DNA from: a virus
Reading direction: 5' to 3' (one strand)
Length of the DNA: 64,000 bases
Virus record (IMG/VR): IMGVR_UViG_3300020005_000004
Span: 4,336 to 68,335 of that record
Made by a program: the position numbers and the translations under genes. This document shows, in pieces, positions 35,361-43,341 of the stretch. The notes below the pieces were generated by a model. The model did not search any database and was not told where the DNA came from. It saw nothing but the letters and a program-made list of their open reading frames with translations. How positions within the stretch are numbered: position 1 is the stretch's first letter; the number at the start of each line of letters is the position of its first letter.

Positions 35361-37118
35361 ATGCCTAAAATAATTTTTACTCCTGAAGAACTTGCTTACT
35401 ACTTTGACCCTTCTTATAAGTCAGAGATAGGAGTTAAGTCTAAGGAATTTGAAACCGATTTCCGTATTCATGCGGACGGGATATTTCCCGATAAAATTAT
35501 TTCTGAGGCAAGACCTAATGAGAGTGCAGAAGTATTTAAGTACAGGAAAACAATTTGGCAACCAAAAACAAAACCATCTTTTAATAAAGTATTTTCTTCA
35601 CTTCAAAAAATCCGCAGGAGTTCTGATTGGTCAGTAAAATTCAATGAAACAAGTTTTAAAATTCCAGAAGGTGAAACCTTAGAAGATTACTTAACTGAAT
35701 ACTATCCTAAGTTTGAAAGTTTAGAGAAGTATATGTTTGACGTTTGGCTTCGTGAATACTTAATTGATCCAAATGCGGTTTGTGCAGTCTTTCCAGGTGA
35801 AGCAAAAGAAGAAACAGAATTTAAAGAACCGATTGCGGAAATATTTAATTCGTGTTTGGTGGTATTTTTTAAGTCAGAAGATTACGTTGTACTTAAAAAT
35901 CCATTAGGAACAACTTTCAAAGACGAAAAAGGAAACGAACATTCAGGGGATTCGTTTTATATCTTAACAACTACTCAGTATTTAAAATACGATCAGATAA
36001 ACGTCAAAAGAGATTTTAAATTAGTTTCTGAGATTGACCATGAAATAGGATACTTACCCGCTTGGAAATTGGGAGGAGTTTTAATTAAATCGTTAGATGG
36101 TGAACTTTTATACGAGAGTAAGATTGCGGGTATGCTTCCAGAGTTCGACGAAGCCGTAAGAGAGTATTCAGATTTACAAGCTGCGGTTATTATGAACATT
36201 TTTCCTGAACGGTGGGAAATGGCAACGGCTGAATGTAATACTTGTCACGGTACTGGAAAAATCACAAATCAAGGCGATCCTTCAGGCTTTAGTGCTTGTA
36301 ATAACCCTAATTGTGTGGCAGGGTACGTTGTAAGCCCTTATTCTAAAGTCCTCGTTAAACCGGCTGATATTGGTCAACAGATGGCAATCCCTCCTGTGGG
36401 GTATGTGGAAAAACCTGTTGAAATCGTAGAGCTTCAGGACAAGAGGGTAGAGAAACATATTTACAATGCCCTCGCTGCTATAAATATGCAATTCCTTTCC
36501 GATGTTCCTTTAGTTGAATCAGGCTTAGCGAAGGGGGTTGACAGGGACGAGGCGAGTAATTTCGTTCACTCTGTTGCGGAAGATTTAGTTAATTCAATGG
36601 AACAAATTTCATACAATGTTTCTATTTTAAGATTTGGGGTTCAACACTCAGAAGCCGAGATTGAAGAAATGCAACCTGAGATAACTGTTCCTGAAAACTT
36701 CGATTTGTTTTCAATTAAGTTGGATGAGGAAGAACTTCAGAACGCAAAGACGAATAAATTGAATCCGGCTATTATAAATGAAATGGAAATTGAATACGCA
36801 AATAAGAAGTTTGCCGGTAAGCAAGAGATTCAACAAAAACTATCTGCGGTTTTAACACTTGATCCTTTGGCGAACGTTTCAGAAGATGATAAAGCAATGA
36901 GGCTTACTAATAACGGTATCACTCAGGAAGATTATATTCTTTCTTGTAATATAAATTCATTTGTCGAAAGGGCTATTTCTGAAAATAAGAACTTTTTGGT
37001 TTTAGATACTAAGCAACAAAAAGAAATTCTTTTGGTTTATGTTAAAGAAACAACCGAGGCAACTACAATGAAGGGTCAGCTTACAAAAGAAGAAGAGTTA
37101 GCAAATGCCGGATTATAA
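35361..37118 (+). CDS. Portal protein with zinc-finger-like insertion
   Basis: 585 aa, first gene of head module, ESG.AK..D motif, CNTCHGTG...CNNPNC..G. Confidence 0.75.
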   Translation: MPKIIFTPEELAYYFDPSYKSEIGVKSKEFETDFRIHADGIFPDKIISEARPNESAEVFKYRKTIWQPKTKPSFNKVFSSLQKIRRSSDWSVKFNETSFKIPEGETLEDYLTEYYPKFESLEKYMFDVWLREYLIDPNAVCAVFPGEAKEETEFKEPIAEIFNSCLVVFFKSEDYVVLKNPLGTTFKDEKGNEHSGDSFYILTTTQYLKYDQINVKRDFKLVSEIDHEIGYLPAWKLGGVLIKSLDGELLYESKIAGMLPEFDEAVREYSDLQAAVIMNIFPERWEMATAECNTCHGTGKITNQGDPSGFSACNNPNCVAGYVVSPYSKVLVKPADIGQQMAIPPVGYVEKPVEIVELQDKRVEKHIYNALAAINMQFLSDVPLVESGLAKGVDRDEASNFVHSVAEDLVNSMEQISYNVSILRFGVQHSEAEIEEMQPEITVPENFDLFSIKLDEEELQNAKTNKLNPAIINEMEIEYANKKFAGKQEIQQKLSAVLTLDPLANVSEDDKAMRLTNNGITQEDYILSCNINSFVERAISENKNFLVLDTKQQKEILLVYVKETTEATTMKGQLTKEEELANAGL

Positions 37119-38043
37119 CGAATTAATAAAAACTATTGACGATGCTATTAATGGCTTCAACGATTCTTTGCCTAAGATTCAAAAAGAAATCCTTGCTGAT
37201 GTTTTAGACCAAATAAAAAAGTTTGATACAAGGGATAAAAGGATAACAAACACGGTCAAGAATATTAGGTTACTGAATACGATTAAAAACCGTTTAAAGA
37301 AAATTATCTTAACTGATTCTTACAAGCAAGAGGTAAAGGATTTTTTAAAGGTTTTCAATGATGTTTCCACTTTCCAGAACGCTTACTTCGCTGAAGCTGA
37401 AAAGTCTTTTAAACCTCCGACGATTGTAAAGGAAATAAAATCTCAAACTATTGACGACACTATTAACCGTTTAACCGAGGCGGGGATAGGGGTAAATGTT
37501 TCCGATAAGATCGCTGAACTATTAAAACAAAACGTTACAACAGGAGTTAAATATTCTGATTTAGCGGCTCAGTTAAGGGAGTATATTTTAACAACCGAAA
37601 CGCCTGGGGTATTAGAACGATATGTTAAACAAATAGCCACAGATTCAGTTAATCAGTATTCGGCTCAGTACATGAACACTATTTCAGGTGATTTGGGTTA
37701 TGAGTGGTTCATGTATCAGGGGAAGGATATTTTAACTACAAGGCCATGGTGCGACGCCATGACAGATAGAAAATTCTTTCATATATCAGAAGTGCCTGAT
37801 TTATTAGCAGCAAAAGACCTTTATTATAGTTCAGAAGATGGATTAAAAAAAGTTACTATATATGAGAAAACGGGGCTTCCAAATGGAATGATACCGGACA
37901 CAAATGCGGAAAACTTGTTTATTAGACGGGGAGGATATAATTGCGGTCACCAAATTTTTCCAGTTATTGAAAGGTTAGTTCCAAAAGATATTCAGGACAG
38001 AGTTAAGGCAACGGCGGCTTATAAAAGATGGAAAAATATTTGA
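37105..38043 (+). CDS. Minor capsid / head morphogenesis (MuF-like) protein
   Basis: Y.G....TRP.C and GGYNC.H motifs. Confidence 0.8.
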   Translation: MPDYNELIKTIDDAINGFNDSLPKIQKEILADVLDQIKKFDTRDKRITNTVKNIRLLNTIKNRLKKIILTDSYKQEVKDFLKVFNDVSTFQNAYFAEAEKSFKPPTIVKEIKSQTIDDTINRLTEAGIGVNVSDKIAELLKQNVTTGVKYSDLAAQLREYILTTETPGVLERYVKQIATDSVNQYSAQYMNTISGDLGYEWFMYQGKDILTTRPWCDAMTDRKFFHISEVPDLLAAKDLYYSSEDGLKKVTIYEKTGLPNGMIPDTNAENLFIRRGGYNCGHQIFPVIERLVPKDIQDRVKATAAYKRWKNI

Positions 38044-38066
38044 ATTATTAAAATTCCTTATATTTG
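38039..38066 (+). promoter_or_regulatory. Putative promoter for the scaffold/capsid genes
   Basis: TATATTTG -7 box at 38059-38066; upstream TTTG with a short 16-nt spacer. Confidence 0.45.
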
Positions 38067-38075
38067 GTAAAAAAT

Positions 38076-38402
38076 ATGTCACTTCTTTTATCTAAAAAGC
38101 ATCTAAGGGTAGAAGTCCCACAAACGATTGACGGGATAAACTCACTTCTTGATGATAATAATAGACTTGTAACGAAAACCGTTTATCTCCCTTTTTCCGC
38201 AAAGAGAATGATTGAAAGCAATCAGGCAAAAAAGCCCAAACATTTACAGGCAAAAATTACAGTTGAACAAGGTGATTTAGTTGAAAAAACTGAGTTAAAA
38301 GAAACCGGACAATTTACACCCGAACAGATTGAGAAGTTAAAGGGGATGACAAAGAATAAAGGCGGCAGACCTAAGAAAGTTGAAGAAACCGAAAATAATT
38401 AG
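38076..38402 (+). CDS. Hypothetical head-module protein
   Basis: ATG at 38076; GGRPKK near C-terminus. Confidence 0.6.
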   Translation: MSLLLSKKHLRVEVPQTIDGINSLLDDNNRLVTKTVYLPFSAKRMIESNQAKKPKHLQAKITVEQGDLVEKTELKETGQFTPEQIEKLKGMTKNKGGRPKKVEETENN

Positions 38403-38404
38403 TT

Positions 38405-38455
38405 ATGTGTTGCGGCAGACCTAAACCATCACGTCCACGACCTAAACCCAGATAA
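38405..38455 (+). CDS. 16-aa micro-ORF MCCGRPKPSRPRPKPR
   Basis: Fills the gap between 38402 and the ATG at 38456 almost exactly. Confidence 0.5.
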   Translation: MCCGRPKPSRPRPKPR

Positions 38456-39373
38456 ATGGCAAAAGTAAAACTTCATTCGTTTTTATTCTCTTTAGCAGAA
38501 AAAGCCGGAATCGATCCTAAAGATGCCGGACTTACTGAAATCCTTTCAAACGCTGCGTTAGATAATGTTGAGTTATCGAAAGATTTAGAGAGTTCAATAA
38601 ACAAAAGTTTACTTTCTGTTGTGGATGCAAAAAATAATCATCCTGAAATAAAGACACACTACTTTGCTGAGATCATGGCGAATGTTGATAGGTCTTTGGA
38701 TGATTTTTACCGTGAAGCAGGACTTGACCAAAAAGTAATTGATGAGGTTTCAAGGGAAAGAAGTTCTACAAAAAGAATTGCTCTTTTAGGAACTAAGTTA
38801 AAAGAGGTTATTGAAGGGGCAAGTAAGGCAACTAAAAAACCTTCCGATAATGAGGCTGCTTTGAATCAGCAAATAAATGATCTTAATGAAAAATTAAGGG
38901 TTGAAAAAGAAGGCCGAAAAGCTGACAACGATAAGGCTAAAGGTGAAATGAACACTTTCAAAACTGAACTTAATTTAAATAATAAAACAGGTTCAGTTAA
39001 AACGATATACGATGAATTGCCTTCAGATGTAAGGGCAATTTCAATAAGAAATATTTTAGAAAAAGAACTTCAAGATAGCAACGCATCCTTTATCCTTGAT
39101 GAAAACGGTAGTTTGAAACTGCAAAAAAAGGACGGTTCAAATTACTTCGACGAAAATAATCGCCAATTAACTGTTGATGATTTCATCAATAAGACATTAG
39201 CGAAAAATAAAATCCTTAAACAATCTGCGCCTAACAGCGAACAACCGGGAGCAACTCCAAACAATGGACAACCGCCAATCATTCCGAGTAACGGGAAGTC
39301 AAAAATCAACATAGGTTCATTAATGGAAGAAAGTCTAAAAGGACTGGAAGCCGAACCTACTAAGATGATCTAA
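38456..39373 (+). CDS. Capsid scaffolding protein
   Basis: Charged coiled coil with Pro/Asn-rich tail, directly before the capsid gene. Confidence 0.7.
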   Translation: MAKVKLHSFLFSLAEKAGIDPKDAGLTEILSNAALDNVELSKDLESSINKSLLSVVDAKNNHPEIKTHYFAEIMANVDRSLDDFYREAGLDQKVIDEVSRERSSTKRIALLGTKLKEVIEGASKATKKPSDNEAALNQQINDLNEKLRVEKEGRKADNDKAKGEMNTFKTELNLNNKTGSVKTIYDELPSDVRAISIRNILEKELQDSNASFILDENGSLKLQKKDGSNYFDENNRQLTVDDFINKTLAKNKILKQSAPNSEQPGATPNNGQPPIIPSNGKSKINIGSLMEESLKGLEAEPTKMI

Positions 39374-39393
39374 CTTACTAATCTATTTTTTAT

Positions 39394-40563
39394 ATGGCTA
39401 CAGGTTACTGCCCGGCGTTACTACGTCAGGTTACCGAAGTTGCTAATGGCAACTCTGCGGTAGGCAAAATTCATGTTGCAGGTTTTTTAAAGATGCTTTT
39501 TTGTTGTCAAAATTCAACCGTAAACCCAATCAATGATGGTTTCGGTGGTAATTCACACAGAAAAACTTTAACAGTCGCTTATCGTCAACGTCCTACTTTG
39601 GCTCACGTTCAGGACACAGATGATTGCGATATTAACCGGATTCCTGCGAAAGCGGAATGGACACTTCCAAACCTTCATCACAAACAAACAACTTTTTATC
39701 TGTCCGATTCTGAAATTCAGAAGTATTGCGATGAAGCTTCTCGTACGGTTATGGTAGGGCTTCCGGCTACTGCTATGATGCAAGAACATTATTCTCTTTT
39801 TATTGAACACGCAAACATCCTTTACAAAGCGATCAATCAGGAATTAGTTACAGAAATGTCAACCCAATTCGGAAAGAACGTTACGACTAATTCTTCTTTC
39901 GCAAAAGCGATCAATATTGCTCGTAATGGTGCGACAATTAATTTAACTGATGGCATCATTGAAATGATGAACGACCTCAGAGATAATGAGATTTGCGATG
40001 ATCCTTGTATGGTAGGAGGCGGTTTGATGGCTTCTTACGATATGATCAGAATGGCACAGGGTCTTTCTCAGTCAGGTATTGATGCTTCACGCTTACCGAT
40101 TCCTTCGTTTTGGTTTGACAAAGACACTCAGAACATTTGGGGTACAGATTCAGTTGGTGTTTTTGCTCCAGGTTCTGTTAAGTTCCTTTCATGGAATAAG
40201 TATTTGGGTGCTTTTGCGGGTGAAAAAGGCGGTTCAATTTTCTTTACTGCGCCTTTCCCTGTTAACGAGTTTACTGGTTGTGTGGATCAACTTCAATGTT
40301 TAAGAGACTTACGTTTGGATATTCAAATGAAATATATAGACTGTCCTACGGTGGTTGATGTAAACGGAGTTCCTACGACTGTAAACAGAGGATGGCAAGT
40401 TATACTTTCTAAAGAGTTTGCTCTTTGGGTTCAGCCAGCAACAACTAATGAGTATGCTGCGGGAGATGAACTTTATCAGACAAACGGAACACTTCTTTAT
40501 GAGATTTCAAATAATTGTGAAGATTGTGTTGGAAATGAAAGTTCTTACGGAACAGGTTACTAA
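39394..40563 (+). CDS. Major capsid protein
   Basis: 389 aa after scaffold, followed by a terminator-like hairpin. Confidence 0.75.
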   Translation: MATGYCPALLRQVTEVANGNSAVGKIHVAGFLKMLFCCQNSTVNPINDGFGGNSHRKTLTVAYRQRPTLAHVQDTDDCDINRIPAKAEWTLPNLHHKQTTFYLSDSEIQKYCDEASRTVMVGLPATAMMQEHYSLFIEHANILYKAINQELVTEMSTQFGKNVTTNSSFAKAINIARNGATINLTDGIIEMMNDLRDNEICDDPCMVGGGLMASYDMIRMAQGLSQSGIDASRLPIPSFWFDKDTQNIWGTDSVGVFAPGSVKFLSWNKYLGAFAGEKGGSIFFTAPFPVNEFTGCVDQLQCLRDLRLDIQMKYIDCPTVVDVNGVPTTVNRGWQVILSKEFALWVQPATTNEYAAGDELYQTNGTLLYEISNNCEDCVGNESSYGTGY

Positions 40564-40578
40564 CCTTCGATAATATAC

Positions 40579-40612
40579 AGGGGTGTCGTGAAATGCGACA
40601 TCCCTTATTTTA
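40579..40612 (+). terminator. Terminator-like hairpin after the capsid gene
   Basis: AGGGGTGTCGT-GAAA-TGCGACATCCCT then TATTTT. Confidence 0.7.
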
Positions 40613-40615
40613 ATT

Positions 40616-41593
40616 ATGGAATGTTTAATTAACTACATTGGGATTCTCGATTGTGGCACTCCTCCTGAATCTGGACTTTACATTAATAATCTTCCGGGTT
40701 TAAATACTGAGATAATTGGGGCTATTGCAGACGGCGAGGAAATCACCCATAAGGGTGTTTGGTCAGATGTAAATAAGATTTCAGCACGAAGGTTTCAGAC
40801 TGACATCATGGTTCAGTTGAGAAAAAACTACAATGTTAAAAGGGTAAAAGAAACCATTGAGTTTATACCTGAAGCAAGTACAAGCGAACCCGCTTCAGCA
40901 AACTACAGAGGTCTTTTACTTGGATTCGATTACCAATACTTTACGTTTCAGGCTTTCATTGTTTCTACGGTTTATTTATATTCTGAGACTGCGGGAAGTT
41001 CTACTTTAAAGGTTTTTAACAGGCAGAACGTTGAACTTTATTCAAAAGACGTTGAGGTTGTTCAGGGTTTAAATTCTTTCCAAATAAACCAAACCTTCGT
41101 TTCAGATCGTTTATTTGTCGGGTTTGATTTTACAAACATTGACGGGTTTAGCTCTGATATTTCAAGCAATGTGAGTTCGTGCTTTTGTCAGGTTTTAAAC
41201 GAGGTCTTTTGCGATACTTGTAATCCTTCTTTTGGGGGAGCTACAAAATCAGGTGCTACAATAACCACTACTTCAACGAATGCTCACGGTGTGGGTATTT
41301 TAGGAAGTGCAGGGTGTGATTATTCTCAGATTGTTTGTAATCAGAAACAAATCTTTACAAGTGCATGGCTTTATCTTTTGGGAAATCAATTACTAATTCA
41401 CTTGTTAAACGCTGACAGGTTAAATAAATACACTACGGCTGACGTAGCTAAGTACAATGAGTTAAAAGATTACTATCAGGTAATGTATGAGAAAAGCCTT
41501 GAAGAGGCGGTTTTAGGAATAGAACTTGATGCTATGGATGATTGTTGTATTGAATGCAGTCCTTTGGTTAAATCAGTTCAATGGCTACCGTAA
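40616..41593 (+). CDS. Head-tail adaptor-like structural protein
   Basis: Position after capsid; GLYIN.LPG; Cys-rich. Confidence 0.55.
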   Translation: MECLINYIGILDCGTPPESGLYINNLPGLNTEIIGAIADGEEITHKGVWSDVNKISARRFQTDIMVQLRKNYNVKRVKETIEFIPEASTSEPASANYRGLLLGFDYQYFTFQAFIVSTVYLYSETAGSSTLKVFNRQNVELYSKDVEVVQGLNSFQINQTFVSDRLFVGFDFTNIDGFSSDISSNVSSCFCQVLNEVFCDTCNPSFGGATKSGATITTTSTNAHGVGILGSAGCDYSQIVCNQKQIFTSAWLYLLGNQLLIHLLNADRLNKYTTADVAKYNELKDYYQVMYEKSLEEAVLGIELDAMDDCCIECSPLVKSVQWLP

Positions 41594-42201
41594 ACATAGA
41601 CTACTCTCAGTTTAATGATGATTTGAGTAAAATCAAAGAAAAGCTATCTGATAAAGAAGCTTTTTTAAGACCAATGGCGGTTGAGTTATCGGGGATTATG
41701 AATGATAGGATTCATGAACAAGGCATAGCTTCTGATGGTTCTCAAATTGGAACTTATAGCGAAGGTTACATGAAAGTAAGAACGGGGAATTTTAAGAATA
41801 GTGAAAAGTTTGTAAGAGGAAAGAATAAGGGAAAACTGAAAGGGGCAGGATTTAAGACTAAGCAAAGAATAGCAACCCCTTTTGGTAAAAGTGCATTCAC
41901 TACTCAGAATATTGAAGCCGATAAAGTTCCAAGAATAAGATATAATCTTGATAGCAGTACAAAAGTGATATTGGTATTGACAAGAAAACTTTCAAACTCA
42001 TGGGCTGTATTTGCGACTGACAGAGGTTATGCAATCGGGTTTACTGATTCGGGAGCTACCGAAGGAGTTACAAGTCTTAAAAAAATTGAGTACGCTGAAG
42101 AAACTTATAAAAAAAGGATTCAGGATTTGACTAAGGAAGAAACACAGTATTACATTGAAAGATTAAACGAATTATCAACAGAAATAATTGGAAGGACTTA
42201 A
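41581..42201 (+). CDS. Neck/tail completion protein
   Basis: RI...G...DG..IG.YS..Y basic motif. Confidence 0.6.
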   Translation: MATVNIDYSQFNDDLSKIKEKLSDKEAFLRPMAVELSGIMNDRIHEQGIASDGSQIGTYSEGYMKVRTGNFKNSEKFVRGKNKGKLKGAGFKTKQRIATPFGKSAFTTQNIEADKVPRIRYNLDSSTKVILVLTRKLSNSWAVFATDRGYAIGFTDSGATEGVTSLKKIEYAEETYKKRIQDLTKEETQYYIERLNELSTEIIGRT

Positions 42202-42739
42202 AGACATAATTGCGATCATAAACGAAGACCTCAGAAATTCTTTTGTAAAAAACGGATTCGGGGCTTTGTCTTTATTTGGAATATCCGAAACTACGACAAG
42301 AGAAGATCAATCCTTTCCTGTTTTTTTCAAAACCAATCAAGGAACATGGGCGGGATTCGATGACAGAAAAGAGGTTATTCTTTATCATAAATTAGGATCA
42401 GTTCAAACAAGTCAGTCAAATACCGGCTATGGAAGGAGTTTGGGTGAAGTGATTAATAAATATTCCATGAACTTAGTTGTTTATTTTAAAAGTAACAAGG
42501 TGAAATCAGATGAAATGTTTGCTTTTATTCAAGCTGTCTTACCTGAGTCATTACAATTAGAAAATTCAAATTTTACTTATATTCGTACAAGCGTTATATC
42601 AGCTATTTTGAATACAATGCAGGTTTTTAACGGTGAGTACAAAGGAATAACATTCACCTTAAAACCTGAACAGAGCTTAATAAACATAAGCTACATTATC
42701 GAAAGCCGCTTTAAAAAAGGCTGCTTTAATTGTTGTTAA
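42188..42739 (+). CDS. Putative tail terminator protein
   Basis: Position before the tail tube candidate. Confidence 0.45.
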   Translation: MEGLKDIIAIINEDLRNSFVKNGFGALSLFGISETTTREDQSFPVFFKTNQGTWAGFDDRKEVILYHKLGSVQTSQSNTGYGRSLGEVINKYSMNLVVYFKSNKVKSDEMFAFIQAVLPESLQLENSNFTYIRTSVISAILNTMQVFNGEYKGITFTLKPEQSLINISYIIESRFKKGCFNCC

Positions 42740-42755
42740 ATTTCAAATTTAATCT

Positions 42756-43307
42756 ATGTCTATTTATTATCCAGAAGGCTGCGATTCAACCGTTCCGGAT
42801 CACATTTGCGATCCCTGCGAAACTCCAGAGCATGGGCGGGTTGGATCAGTCGCTTATATAAAAACCTCTTTTAATTTTGCCGACCAAACTGACCCAACAG
42901 AATGGCAAACAGGCATAAACTCAAGAGATATTATTGTTATTCCTGCTGTTTTCGGTTCGTTTGACGGAGGTTCTCCGGTTGAAGGTACGGGCTACGGAAG
43001 GCAGGCAACTCGTTTGACTGGCTACAATTTCTCGTTAACTTACAAAGACCCTAACTATAAAAGTAATTGTGAGTTTTATAACGGGTTAAAAAATTCAAGG
43101 AATTATAAGGTTGCATGGGTAACAGAAACGCAAACGCACATAAGCGATAATGCGGTTTCTGTAATTCCTAAACAACCCGTTACTGATGATGTTGCTTCAA
43201 TAGTAGAATATGATGTTGAGGTAAAATTTGCGCAAGGCGATTTGGCTTGTCCATTTGATACACCTGCGGGTATCTTTGACCAATGTCTTTTAGTAACTGC
43301 GGCTTAA
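42756..43307 (+). CDS. Putative major tail (tube) protein
   Basis: 183 aa beta-rich, followed by a terminator. Confidence 0.55.
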   Translation: MSIYYPEGCDSTVPDHICDPCETPEHGRVGSVAYIKTSFNFADQTDPTEWQTGINSRDIIVIPAVFGSFDGGSPVEGTGYGRQATRLTGYNFSLTYKDPNYKSNCEFYNGLKNSRNYKVAWVTETQTHISDNAVSVIPKQPVTDDVASIVEYDVEVKFAQGDLACPFDTPAGIFDQCLLVTAA

Positions 43308-43312
43308 AATAA

Positions 43313-43340
43313 GGGACGGGAAACTGTCCCATTTTTTTAT
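43313..43340 (+). terminator. Rho-independent terminator
   Basis: GGGACGG-GAAA-CTGTCCC then ATTTTTTT. Confidence 0.8.
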
Positions 43341-43341
43341 T

